Assembly: GCF_001194135.2 (NCBI RefSeq)
Contig: NC_068997.1
Span: 52,243,916 to 52,305,547 of the forward strand
Direction of reading: 5' to 3'
DNA from: Octopus bimaculoides
Lineage: Eukaryota
Length of the DNA: 61,632 nucleotides
The notes below the pieces were generated by a model that saw only the letters and a list, made by a program, of their open reading frames with translations, had not been told where the DNA came from and did not search any database. The position numbers were made by a program, and so were the translations under genes. Shown here piece after piece: positions 1-13,275 of this stretch (the stretch's first letter is position 1; each line of letters begins with the position of its first letter).

Positions 1-186
1 ATATATATGTTTGTGTTTGTCCCCTGCTATTGTTTGACAACCAGTGTTGGTTTGTCTACATCCCAGTAACTTAGCAGTTTGGCAAAGGAGAACAATAGAA
101 TAAATTCCAAGGTTGATTTGTTTGACTAAACCCTTCAGGCTGATGCCTCAGCATGACCACAGTCCAGTGACTGAAACAAATAAAAG

Positions 187-233
<47 letters not shown>

Positions 234-439
234 CATCCATTAGAATATGTAAATTTTTCTGTGAAATTCACCAAAATCTTTGAAAATTGATTTTCTCTGT
301 ATCCATGGTAACATTCTATTGTTCAAAGATATCTTTTATCTTTAATTAAAAAAAGAAGTGTTTTCCAGTGCATAAGCTGCAATATGCATATTTCTGTGCA
401 TATTGATACTGCAGTTAGTGGTAGCTGCACTTTGGTGTC

Positions 440-790
440 AGTCATAATAGTAGTGGTGGTGGTGGTGGTGTTGGTGGTGGTATTATCGATAATGGTTGTG
501 GTGGTGGTGGTGGTGGTAGTAGTGTTAATAGTGGGAGTTGTAGTAGCGATGGTGGTGGTGGTAGTAGTAGTGGGAGTTGTAGTAGTGGTGATGGTGGTGG
601 TGGTAGTAGTAGTGGTCTTTGAGTTAGGTTAGACACAGTGGTGTTAGTTGATGATGATGATGATGATGATGATAACGGCAGATCTGGTGGTGATGGAGAT
701 GATGATAGTGATGATGATGTCGACCATAATGATGCTGATAGCGATGGTGATGATAATGATTATGATGATGATAACAGTAACAATAATGTT
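440..790. repeat. Compound (GGT/AGT/GAT)n trinucleotide array
   Basis: direct inspection; similar at 7020-7420, 12340-12720, 21955-22140. Confidence 0.92.
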
Positions 791-1245
791 GATGTAGTTG
801 TTTAGCCCTAGGCAGCTCTAGTCCAGCAGAACATTGATCAAATACACTCCAGATGGATATGACCATCACCTATGAATACATCAGTTGTATATATATCCTA
901 TATATCCCATAGAATATAATTTTGAAGGTGACTTGGCTGCTATTTCTAGCAATCCGAGCAACCATCTAAATGTTCCCTTCCTAGCTTTCCATTGTTGTTG
1001 TTGTTGTTTTCATTGTTAACTCCAGTTTAGCTTTGACGGAACAGGCCTATGATCCAGCCATGACCATCCTGACTGTTTTTTTGGCATAATATATCCAGTG
1101 GGTCTTATTACTAAGACATTATGATGTGGTGCGAGAGAGAGATTTGGCTGTTGTTTCTAGTTAAGGGAGTTCACAGATCATATAGCTCAGGTGTGGACTG
1201 CACTACAAAAACAATTAAAGGTAATTCATTGTTCAGAAAAACTGA

Positions 1246-1628
1246 TGCCTGCTTGGTAAAAAGCTTGTTTCCCAACCACATGGTCCCAGGTTCAGTCCCA
1301 CTGCATGGCACCTTGGGCAAATGTCTTCTACTATAGCCTTGCACCGGCCAAAACCTTGGGAGTGGATTTGGTAGATGGAAACTGAAAGAAGCCTGCCATA
1401 TATGTGTGTGTGTGTTTGTGTGGGTGTCTTTGTGTTTACGTTTGTCTCTCATCACTACCTGATAGCTGGCGTTGGTATGTCCCCCGTAACTTAGTGGTTC
1501 AGCAAAGATGACCAACAGAATGGGTTCCAGGCTTAAAAAGATAGTACTGGAGTCAATTTGTCTGACTAAAATTCTTGTAGGCAGTACCCCAGCATGGCCA
1601 CGGTCTAATGACAGAAACAAGTAAAAGA
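1246..1628 (+). mobile_element. SINE family A
   Basis: same motifs; further partial copies near 10-187, 30130-30450, 52055-52285, 53290-53585, 54096-54266. Confidence 0.8.
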
Positions 1629-2244
1629 AAATTTGGGGGAGGGGGCCAGTTGATTAGATTGACTCCAGTACATAACTGGTACTTAATTTATTGACCCTGA
1701 AAGGATGAAAGGCAAAGTCGACCTCGGTGGAATTTGAACTCAATTCTGCCAGCTCCCTGCTTTAAATAAATAGGTTATTGAGCGAATGAGCAAATAAATG
1801 AAGGCAAGAATGAATGAGTGAATGAATGAATGAATGGGGAAATAATGAACTGGAAAATATGATGAATGAAAAATAAGAGAGCAAATTAAGGAAATCGAGA
1901 AAGAAATCTGAAAGAATGAAAGAGACAATGGAAGAAGGAATGAAGTGTCCGAATGAGAGAATGAAAGAAACAAGGAATGAAAGACTACTGAGAATGGAAA
2001 GAGAGAAAGAAGAAAGAAGAAAATAGAAGAATGAAATACAGAAATATAAAAAATTACTAAGAAAAATTTATAAAGATATTAAAATCCTTTTTTTTTTTTT
2101 ATTAAAACATGGTCTCTCTCCCCTTCCCTCCCATCTTTTCTATTTGGAGTGACACACAGACACTGACAATCAGACAGACAGGTTTTTAAATGAATATGAT
2201 TAATTGTTTGAAGTATTTGTAAATTATAATGAGGTGTAGAGGGA

Positions 2245-2289
<45 letters not shown>

Positions 2290-2624
2290 ATACAGATCTA
2301 CATATTTGCATACTCACACAGACATAGACACACACACACACACACTCACACAGACATACATACATAGACACACACACACAAACACTCACACACACACACA
2401 CACACATTCACACAGACTTACATGCATGCACTCATACAATCATACATACACACCAGTTAACATTAGTCAACTCTCTCTCATAAAATATATATATATGTGT
2501 ATATATATTTATATATACGCTCACACGTACACACACACAGTTTATATTAGTTGACTATATACACACTGGCATATATACATGCACATCAGTGCATTAATAA
2601 GCATATTGTTGAGAGAGCTATTAA

Positions 2625-3095
2625 CTCTGTTGGCAACAAGAGGCCTCTCTCTCAGAGTGAAAGCTAGACTGTATGATGCTTGTGTATGAATGGCTATACT
2701 CTATGGTAGTGTGACATGGGCTCTGAATGCTGAAGACATGCATAGACTGGAGAGAAACGAAGGTAGCATGCTCTGTTGGATGTGCAACGTCAGTGCACAT
2801 GTACGACAAAGTGCAAATGTATTGAGAGAAAAGTTGGGCATAAGAGGAATCAAATGTAGCATGCAAGAGAGAAGACTATGTTGGTTTGGACATGTGGCAC
2901 GTATGAATGAGGACAGCTGCATAAAGAAGTGCTGATTACTGAAAGTGGATGGTACCCGTGGAAGAGGGAGACCCAGGAAAACATGGGATGAAGTGGTAAG
3001 GACCGATCTCAGAATGTTGGGCCTCATGGCGGAAATGACAATGGACCAAGATGTCTGGTGATATGAAGTTCTTGAGAAGACCTGCCCACATCAGC
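2625..3095 (+). mobile_element. RTE-clade LINE 3' fragment (degraded RT C-terminus)
   Basis: translates LYGSVTW...ERRLCWFGHVARM...GRGRPRKTW, with stops. Confidence 0.85.
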
Positions 3096-5777
3096 AAAAC
3101 TGAGTTCTAGAAGCGTTTTGTGTCCCACCCACACCTGACAAGAAAACTTCTCACTTCTGCTTGCCCCTCACCTGTGCGTTCTACCTACATGCCTTGTCTC
3201 ACTCTATTATTGCCATCTACTAGCCTCCCACCTGGGTGTTCCACCCACATGTAACAAGAAAACTTTTCCCTCACCCTACCCCAACAAACCAATTTACATC
3301 TCTTTCTTGCATTTCTTCCTTCATTCACTATGCCTAGCTCTCACCCATTGCCTACCTCTCACCACTTGCCCATCTCTCACTCCCCAATCCTGTCCTCACA
3401 CCCTTGTTCCTTTGCATCATTACTGCCCAGTAGCCCCTCCAACTCTATACATACGCAGGTCTTCACCACTCATTTGCACTCTTTAATCATACTCCCTTCA
3501 CAATATCCTACCACTTATATTACAGCATTTGAACCTCAAGGGTATACCCTGGCACTTGCCCCCATCTATATCTCTCTCTTCCTTTACTCAACCATCCCAT
3601 TTATACTCTGATCCCTGTTCCTTGTGAGTATGCCAGGTATTTTGCCACCATCTCCACCCTGAAGTCTCCGACTCTCTCTCTCCTTCTCCTGCACTTCCCT
3701 CAAGTTGGGCAACCGTGTATTTTCTTTGTGGTAGCACACCTGTTTCTGTCTTGATCCCTGATCTTTCTCTTGCTGGCTGGGTAACCCTGTACTTCCTCCA
3801 CAGCAAGACACCTGTATCTGTTGCACTATAACCTTTTCATCATCACCTCCTCCAATGCTTCCTCCCTTCTTAAAAGTTTTTGTCTTGCAAGTACTTGGTG
3901 ACCCTGTCAGTGCAGCTGCCACTTAGAAGCCCCCAGTCCACACAGTAAAGTGGTTGGTGTCTGGAAGGGCATCCAGCTGTAAAAACCTTGCCAAAACTGA
4001 CCTCACTTGTGCTTGTACCAAGTAAAAAGCACTAAGTCCACTCTGCTGAGTGGTTGGTGTTAGGAAGGGCATCCAGCTGTAAAAATCCTGCCAAAACAGT
4101 CACAGAAGTCTGGTGCAGACTTCGACCTGGCTGGCTTTTGTGGTACCGTCCCACCCATGCTTGCATGGCACACGAACGTTAAATGATGATTAACTATACA
4201 CATACATACACATGCGGACTCACACACACACATATATACATTCACAAACACAGATATATGGACATAATTACACCCAGGTAATATAACTAACACTTTCTAT
4301 TAACCAAATATGCTGCCTTGTTTTATGTTCAAACTGGTTAGATCCTGCCTCTCATGCCTATCCTACAATGCCTTTCTAAAAACAAACAATCACATTACAG
4401 AAATCATGAAGCTACAAGATAATGCATGATTAATTCACAAATGACCGGGACCCTTGGCAATATTCTGTGCCTGAGAAGAAGACCCATCAAGCCAAGTAAA
4501 ACTGCAGCCGTGACAGACACTAGTGTCATGCAAATGGCAGTGGCACATAAAAGCATCCATTACACTCTCAGAGTGCTTGGTGTTAGGAAGGGCATCCAGC
4601 TATAGAAACTATGGTGAATCAGACTGGAGCCTGGTGTTGCCCCCTCACCTTACCAGCCCTGATCAAACACATATTTCATATTTGATATTTATGATTGAAT
4701 CCATATGATATGACTGGATTTATATTATGGGTATTTTTGTTAAATTTTCTTCAAATATTTCTTGTGGCTGTGTGGTAAGGAGCTTACTTCCCAACCACAT
4801 GGTTCTGGGTTCAGTCCCACGATGTGGCACCTTGAGCAAGTGTCTTCTGTCACACAAGCTTCTTACCACACAGCCACATGTGTGTTTGTGTGTAATTAAC
4901 AGTTTCACTGTCCATCAATAACGAAGTGTTTATAAACATGGTAGTGATGGTCATGATGGGAGTGGTGGTGTTGGTAGATAATCCTTATAACTAATCTCAG
5001 TACACATTATAGCCTTAATCTTAGCCTTAAAGCTAATCTGCTATAATTAGCATTACAGTAATTGTGGTTAATTAAGCTACCTCTATATTTTGTTCTCAAT
5101 AAAAAGATAAAATCTCTGAGAAATTTCTTTTTCTCCTGCATTTAAATCCTCTCAATTTAGTCCCCCCCCTCTCTCTCTCTCTCTTTCTCTCTCCCTTTCT
5201 CTTTCTCTCTCTTTCTCTCTCNNNNNNNNNNNNNNNNNNNNNNNNNNNNNNNNNNNNNNNNNNNNNNNNNNNNNNNNNNNNNNNNNNNNNNNNNNNNNNN
5301 NNNNNNNNNNNNNNNNNNNNNNNNNNNNNNNNNNNNNNNNNNNNNNNNNNNNNNNNNNNNNNNNNNNNNNNNNNNNNNNNNNNNNNNNNNNNNNNNNNNN
5401 NNNNNNNNNNNNNNNNNNNNNNNNNNNNNNNNNNNNNNNNNNNNNNNNNNNNNNNNNNNNNNNNNNNNNNNNNNNNNNNNNNNNNNNNNNNNNNNNNNNN
5501 NNNNNNNNNNNNNNNNNNNNNNNNNNNNNNNNNNNNNNNNNNNNNNNNNNNNNNNNNNNNNNNNNNNNNNNNNNNNNNNNNNNNNNNNNNNNNNNNNNNN
5601 NNNNNNNNNNNNNNNNNNNNNNNNNNNNNNNNNNNNNNNNNNNNNNNNNNNNNNNNNNNNNNNNNNNNNNNNNNNNNNNNNNNNNNNNNNNNNNNNNNNN
5701 NNNNNNNNNNAGATTCAGCAAGTAAAAAAGAAAAGAAAAAAACAAATTTTTAATAATTTTATTGACACCTAAATCAC

Positions 5778-5813
<36 letters not shown>

Positions 5814-6401
5814 ACACACACACACACACACAGAGATGAAACACACATATTGAGTTCTACATCAGGTTATTAGTCTCACAATGTATAAGCAATATATATC
5901 TACAGAGAGAGAGAGAGAGAGATGTGTGTGTGTGTGTGTAACATGGGATTAAAAATATACCAAATGTTTCTAGTCTCTTTTTTTTTTTATACATGCATCC
6001 ACACATTGGGCTTCCACACAGTTTCTGTGTCTCAGTTTCACTCACAGAGCATTGGCCAGTCTGGGGCTTTAGCAGAAGACATTTGCTCCCAAGGTATCAC
6101 ACAGTGGGACTGAACCCAGAACTGCATGGTCAGCAAGCAAGCTTCTTAACCGGTGGGCCATCCCTGCACAATATATTTCAAGGGAGTGTGTGTGTTGTGA
6201 GATCTGTAAGCGGGGGTGAGGTTACAGTTTCCCCTCGAACTGGGGGTAGAGCAAAATATTTAAAGGAATATGTTTATAAGTTGGGGTGGGGGTGGAGACT
6301 ACAATGTCTCTTTTACTTGTGGGTAGGGGGAGTGTAGGGGGAGAGTTGTGACGATGGATTTAATTAATTACATTGACACATTCTCTCTCTTTCTCTCTCT
6401 T

Positions 6402-6457
<56 letters not shown>

Positions 6458-8717
6458 GGCAGTTTTGTTTGTTTATTTTTCTTGTATTGTTAGTTTCCAG
6501 ATTATTAAATATAGAGCTGGGGTAGGGCTGGCGGTTGCGACGGTGGTGGGGTGCGAATGTACAAGTTTGTAGGGTGTAGGTGGGTGTGGAGATTGCTATA
6601 GTTTGAATGAAATTGCATTGTGTGTACATTCACACACACACACATACACACACACATTCTTTCTTTTTTTTCTTTTATTCTTTTCCTTGTCTCAGTCATT
6701 TGACTGCGGCCATGCTGGAGCACCGCCTTTAGTTGAACAAATCGATCTCAGGACTTATTCGATTGGTATCTTTTGCCGAACTGTTAAGTTATGGGGACAT
6801 AAACACACCAACATCAGTTGTCAAGCGATGGTGATGGGGGGGGAGGACAAATACAAACACATAAACACATAGCAGCAAGATTGGAACCGGAGAGTGTGTC
6901 ACAGTATGTCACGTCCCAGATTCATAATTTGAATGGTGGGACATTTCTTGTTGCCCACACTGGATCAAGGATGGGGTGGGGGGACATTTTGCTGTTAGGG
7001 GTTTTAGTTTGGGTGTAGGGATTGTAGTGGTGGTGGTGGTATTCGATGCTGGATGAGACAATGGCTGTGGCGGTAGTGACGATGCTGACAATGATGATGA
7101 TGCAGGGGAGGATTGCTATGATGTTGTTGATGAATAGCTATAACAACAACAGCAACAACAACAACGGTTGTAATGTTGTTGATGACAATGATGAGGGTGG
7201 TGGGGATGTTGGTATTGGCAGGGGTAATAATGCTGATAACTGTGACAGTAGTTTTGACAATAATAATGATAACGATGATGATGGTGGTGATGATGATGAT
7301 GGTGGTGATGGTGGGAGTTCTCCTCTCTCTTTCTCCACCTCTCACCTCTTCTTTGATCCATTTGATGTGTTTTTAATTGTGTTTGTACCAATAGCAGGTT
7401 GTTGTTGTTGTTGCTATTGTTGTTGTTTTTCGTAAGAAGTTAAGGTGGGAGTGGGGGTGGAGGTATGGGGGGACTGGGAGGGGTGTCAGGAAGTGGGGTG
7501 GGGGTGGAGGTGCAGGGTAGTGACGGTGACATGACGAAGCTATTTATCATAATAATATTGAAAAACCTATATAAATAAATAATTTCGTAAAATTACAAAC
7601 AACCACAACAACAACAACAACAACACTAGTGACAACAACCACTACATGGAAAACAGTAACACCACTACTGCTGCTACTACTACTACAGTAACAGCCATCA
7701 CTACTATGACAACCGCCACAACTACTGTGGCAGTAACAACAACAAAGAAAAAATAATCTCTTCATATTTTGAAGATTAATTTCAGTAATAGGTGCTCTTT
7801 ACCCCCGCCCCCCTCTCTCTCACACACACACTGTCCACCCACTTACTGTAACACCTTCGCTGACCCCTTATATCTACCTATCTATCTGTCTGTCTATCTC
7901 TTTATCTTCCTGTCTAACTGTCTATCTGTCTGTCTATCTATCTATCTATCTCTCTCTATCTGTCTGTCTATCTATCTGTCTGTCTCTCAGGGTTCCCTCA
8001 TCTACTGTACCCCACCCCTGCCCACAAAGCCACGCATTGTGTACGCACTATACCCCACAACAATCACTTTAACAGCACTCACCCACTGCCACCCATTTTC
8101 TCACCTACCCTTAATGCACCCCATACCTAGTGCACTGCCACCCTCTTTCACTGTACCAACCCTTAAGCATTTTTACACTCACATCACCCCTACTTTAACT
8201 CACCCCAACCGCGCGAATGTATCAACACCAACCCATCTTCTGCCACAATTCTGGCACCCCACCCCCACCAAAGTAAATCACCCCCACAACCAGTGTTCCA
8301 CCTCTCAGGTATTTAATATTTTACCTGATGAGTAATCTGAAGACAGTGCTTAAGAAATTACACCCCCAGATAATGTTTTTGGTAAAGGGGGTACCTGTTG
8401 ACACCTTACAAGTGGTACCCACACCCTTTTTTTCCTCTTCATATCAACCATGTTTGACACCCATGCTCACTTACCCCACTACTACTACTACTACTACTAC
8501 TGCTGCTGTTGTCAACTTAATGTGACAGTCCCATAAAAGGGAAGAATGCTACTGTTATTTAGCCCTGGGAAACACTGTTTCTTGTTGGACTTGACACATT
8601 TCCTGAGAGATTTAGAAATATATTATTTCTATTTTCAAAATTCAGTGGATGTATTTCTCTTGAAATAACTATGTTTTCAAAGGCGGATAGGCATCAACAG
8701 CTATTAAGCCATGCTAC

Positions 8718-8760
8718 TCCAGACTGATGATGAGCAACGACTCTGAAATTAGTCTCTGGA
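8718..8760 (+). ncRNA. Type I minimal hammerhead-ribozyme-like motif (GUC site)
   Basis: TCCAGA-CTGATGA-T-GAG-CAACGA-CTC-T-GAAA-TTA-GTC-TCTGGA: 6-bp stem I, intact core, short stem II. Confidence 0.6.
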
Positions 8761-8990
8761 TGCTGGCTTTGCTGGGTGGATGTGCTTGTCTCCACTTTGA
8801 AAACATAAGGACACAGGAAATGTGTCAAGTCCAACAGGAAATGGTGTTTCCTAGGGCTAAATAACAGTAGCATTCTTCCCTTTTATGAGGTTGTCACATT
8901 AAGTTGACAACATGCTAGTACATCATAGTTTCCTGGGTGTTGCAAATATTGCACACTATAGACATAGCAGATAATATGTAAAAACACATA

Positions 8991-9355
8991 TGAAGGCACA
9001 TGGCTCAGTGGTTAGAGCGTTGAGCTTACGATTGCAAGGTTGTGAATTTGATTCCCAGACCAGGCTGCATGTTGTGTTCTTGAGCAAGACACTATATTTC
9101 ATGTTGCTCCAGTTCATTCATCTGTAGAAAGGAGTTGCGATGTCACTGGTGCCAAACTGAATCGGCCCCTTAGCCTTTCCCTTGGACAGCATCGGTGGCG
9201 TGGAGAGGGAAAGCTGGTATGCATGGGTGACTGTTGGCCTTCCATAAAAACAACCCTAGGTTTTGCATCCACCGGTGAGGCAACTTTCTGCCCAGACGTG
9301 ACCCTGGAGGGGAAACTCTTAGGTGCATTCATGGTCATTCGTGACCAATGGAATC
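8991..9355 (+). mobile_element. tRNA-derived SINE family B (CORE-like central domain)
   Basis: head ggctcagtggttagagcg, then cttgagcaagacact..ttgctccagttcattcatctgtaga. Confidence 0.8.
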
Positions 9356-9780
9356 AAGTCATATATATGTATGTGTATGGATGCATATGTGAATGTATGC
9401 ATGTATGTATGCATATGTCTATATATACACATATAGTATGTATGTGTATGTATATATATATGTGTATGTGTGTGTTTGTATGTATGTGTGCACATATGTA
9501 TGGATTAGGTGTAGGAGGGGGAAGAATCATTTAGAGTCACTTAGAGAGAGGGAGTGGTAGGGGTGGGTAAAAAACTTCACGCCCCCTACCTTTAATTTGG
9601 TCTCCCCTTTTGTGTTCAGGTGACTACCATTAGTTTGTTACATCAATAGACCACCTTCTGCCCCCCCCCACCATTTAACTATGTCAGCTGTTGTTGTTGT
9701 TGTTATTGTTTATGATGGTGGTGGTGGTGGTGGTTTGTGGAGTTTACTTTGATGTTCTGATGATTGTTACATTGTGTGTA

Positions 9781-9824
<44 letters not shown>

Positions 9825-10199
9825 AGAATGAGTAATATTGAAAGCTTTGTTTAGTGCATTTCTCTATGTGTGAGTCAGTATAGTGTGTGTGTGTGTGTGT
9901 GTGTTCTCTGGGGGGTGCGTGTGTCTGCACAACCTCCCAAAAAGCATCATTTATTCACGCGTATCATTTTTGTTTGTCAATTTGTTTATATAATATATAT
10001 ATGTGCATGTTTGTATGTGTGTGTATGAGTATGCATATATATATATATATATATAAATTTATGTTACGTATATGTATATGTGTCTGTGTGTGTGTGTGTA
10101 TATTGAAACTCTCAGACCTTGAGTCACTCTATTCTGCTAAATATTAATAAAAAATATACATATACTCATACTTTGAGTTCTATTTTTCCTGTTTCCATC

Positions 10200-10246
<47 letters not shown>

Positions 10247-10794
10247 CCAAGCAACCCCTGCTTTCTTTGTTTATTGCCCTCCCTTTAAGCTGTAAAGTCA
10301 TCAAAGGACTCACAGTTGAAGGAGTTGGTCATTAGTGGATTTGATGGACAGCTATAAACATATACATAAATGTGTGTGTGTGTGTGTGTGTGATTTTCAA
10401 GTGCTAGAAGGATGGTCGTGGGAGCTGGGGTCTCAGGCTCCTCCCTGTAATGTATCAGAAGCATCCATCATTGCACTTTCAATAAACCGGGGTTATACCT
10501 ATTGTCCGATCATCTCATCCTTGATCTAACCCCAACCTCTCAATGCAGAAATGTAACAACTTGACCAGAAAAGACTAAGAGATCTGACCTACACAACCAA
10601 TCAAATAATGTTATTCCAGGTGCATGGGCCCGGGAACGGGGTGCAGTGTGTGCAGGTGCACCTGCCAAAATATTTTGGTGTTGCAAAATCAAAATTTGCA
10701 CCCCAACTTACTTTTCTTAGGCTTATAAAACAGTGAGTAAAAAGTGATCAATGAAAAATAGCTTGAAGTTTGTAAAAAATGTTGGACAAGGGTT

Positions 10795-11155
10795 TGCACC
10801 CCAAGCAAATGTTGTTCCCAAGCCAGTATCCAGGTGTCCTTCAGAGAAACCCCATTTCAGCCACTTATATCAGAGATCTTACTCTTTAGGTCAGTACCCA
10901 ACATTCAGGACCATAGATGAGGATAGGCTCAAAAACCAAAGTTTGGCATTTTTACCAACCACTCTGAGGACCAAATGCAGGAGTTGGTGCATTACTGTCC
11001 CACCATCTGCAACTGTAGCATCCAATTCAGCCTTTGCCTTCCATCACTCATGAATACGGTCCCAAGGTACTCCTGCACCTGTCTCAATGATGAGCAACTA
11101 ACATCCTGAGTGCATTGGGGTGACTTTCTTGAGAGGTCTTATGTCTCAGTCTTTT
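10795..11155 (-). mobile_element. RTE-clade LINE fragment (RT C-terminal region, frameshifted)
   Basis: minus-strand peptides YLGTVFMSDGR, AELD, PILIYGPECWVLT, AEMGFL. Confidence 0.72.
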
Positions 11156-11224
11156 TCTTGATAGATCGTTGACCAGTGACTATTCATTTTTTCTCCGTGT
11201 TTTTCTCCTTGTTTTTCTCCTTAT

Positions 11225-11261
11225 TTTTTCTGTTGAAGAGCGTAGCTCGAAACGTTAAAGA
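11225..11261 (+). ncRNA. Variant hammerhead-like motif (core CTGTTGA) in a Penelope-like terminal repeat
   Basis: TTTTT-CTGTTGA-A-GAGC-GTA-GCTC-GAAAC-GTT-AAAGA; A6 replaced by U. Confidence 0.35.
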
Positions 11262-12683
11262 CTTTCCGTATTCCCGAGCGTCATACTAATTAATACATCC
11301 TTTTGTTGTTTACACCACCTGTCCTCGTCTGTTATTGTTTTTTTCGTAAATTCTCCCATATATATATATATATNNNNNNNNNNNNNNNNNNNNNNNNNNN
11401 NNNNNNNNNNNNNNNNNNNNNNNNNNNNNNNNNNNNNNNNNNNNNNNNNNNNNNNNNNNNNNNNNNNNNNNNNNNNNNNNNNNNNNNNNNNNNNNNNNNN
11501 NNNNNNNNNNNNNNNNNNNNNNNNNNNNNNNNNNNNNNNNNNNNNNNNNNNNNNNNNNNNNNNNNNNNNNNNNNNNNNNNNNNNNNNNNNNNNNNNNNNN
11601 NNNNNNNNNNNNNNNNNNNNNNNNNNNNNNNNNNNNNNNNNNNNNNNNNNNNNNNNNNNNNNNNNNNNNNNNNNNNNNNNNNNNNNNNNNNNNNNNNNNN
11701 NNNNNNNNNNNNNNNNNNNNNNNNNNNNNNNNNNNNNNNNNNNNNNNNNNNNNNNNNNNNNNNNNNNNNNNNNNNNNNNNNNNNNNNNNNNNNNNNNNNN
11801 NNNNNNNNNNNNNNNNNNNNNNNNNNNNNNNNNNNNNNNNNNNNNNNNNNNNNNNNNNNNNNNNNNNNNNNNNNNNNNNNNNNNNNNNNNNNNNNNNNNN
11901 NNNNNNNNNNNNNNNNNNNNNNNNNNNNNNNNNNNNNNNNNNNNNNNNNNNNNNNNNNNNNNNNNNNNNNNNNNNNNNNNNNNNNNNNNNNNNNNNNNNN
12001 NNNNNNNNNNNNNNNNNNNNNNNNNNNNNNNNNNNNNNNNNNNNNNNNNNNNNNNNNNNNNNNNNNNNNNNNNNNNNNNNNNNNNNNNNNNNNNNNNNNN
12101 NNNNNNNNNNNNNNNNNNNNNNNNNNNNNNNNNNNNNNNNNNNNNNNNNNNNNNNNNNNNNNNNNNNNNNNNNNNNNNNNNNNNNNNNNNNNNNNNNNNN
12201 NNNNNNNNNNNNNNNNNNNNNNNNNNNNNNNNNNNNNNGCGTAGGGACCTCATGATTTGTTGTTGATTTTATTTTAATAATAAATGGTGTGGGGGGGGAG
12301 TGGGGGGAAGAAGGGGGCGTAAGCAAAAAGGAGGAAAATCAAATAGACAAACAACAACAAACAACAACAAATACACAACAAACATGACAGACAATAATAA
12401 CAACAAAGGAAACAACAAGAAGCAATAAATAATAATAATGATGATGGATAACAACAACACCACCAACAACAATAATAATGATAATGATATTCATAATGAT
12501 GATGATGGTAATAATGATGATGGATAACAACAACAACAATAATAATGATAGTAATGATAAACAAGACAACATATACCACGGAAATAAAATAAAAAATTAA
12601 CAAAAGTAACTCAATAATAAAAAAACAGTAATAACAAAAACAGCAATAATGAGAACTACAGGAGTAACATCAACAACAAGAAC

Positions 12684-12719
<36 letters not shown>

Positions 12720-12799
12720 CTAAACAATGACAAAACACATCAAAGACGTTTAATAAATATGTAACTTCAAAGTGGGGAGAAGTAATTATTGATATGTTC

Positions 12800-13238
12800 C
12801 TGTTTGTGGGTATGGGCGTGTGAATGGATGTGGGTGTGTGTATATATGTATGAATATGTGTGTGTATGTATGAATATATGTGTGTATGTATGTATGTATG
12901 TGTGTATGTATGTTTGACTATGTTTGTATATATATGTATGTATGAATATATGTATGTATGTGTGTGTGTGTATGTATGTATATACATATATGTATGTATA
13001 TATGTATGTTTATGTATGTATATATACATGTGTATGTTTGTATGTGGATGTATATATATGTGCATGTATGAATGTTTATACATATGTATGTTTGTGTGTA
13101 TGTATATGTATGTATATATATATGTATATAAATATATATATATGTATATATGTTTGTATGCATGTATGTGTATATTTGTGTAAGTACATGTGAGTGTGTA
13201 TGTTAGTGTTTCTGTATAGGTATGTCTGTGTATGTATG

Positions 13239-13275
<37 letters not shown>
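12800..13275. repeat. Compound (TG/TA/TATG)n microsatellite
   Basis: direct inspection; similar arrays at 14870-15320, 19680-20095, 23872-24137, 51360-51650. Confidence 0.95.

Noticed and set aside
7445-7520. G-run cluster with G-quadruplex potential
   Set aside because: Embedded in low-complexity GGT/GGG sequence that is common in this window; nothing indicates function
8325-8345. Other CTGANGA hits (8325, 15607, 18568, 18073, 22547 minus, 31232, 55454 minus, 57722)
   Set aside because: No stem II plus GAAA plus NUH plus stem I arrangement; expected by chance
8995-9065. tRNA-like sequences (also near 14090, 26080, 38420, 55705)
   Set aside because: A/B-box heads of SINEs that continue into SINE bodies; no complete cloverleaf
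11255-12326. Long ORFs of 200-370 aa spanning N runs (also near 5152, 21159, 23760, 29382, 37164, 54046, 59966)
   Set aside because: They stay open only because assembly gaps contain no stop codons
12670-13193. [12 protein letters not shown]-type ORFs throughout the window
   Set aside because: Translations of dinucleotide and trinucleotide microsatellites with no splice or homology support
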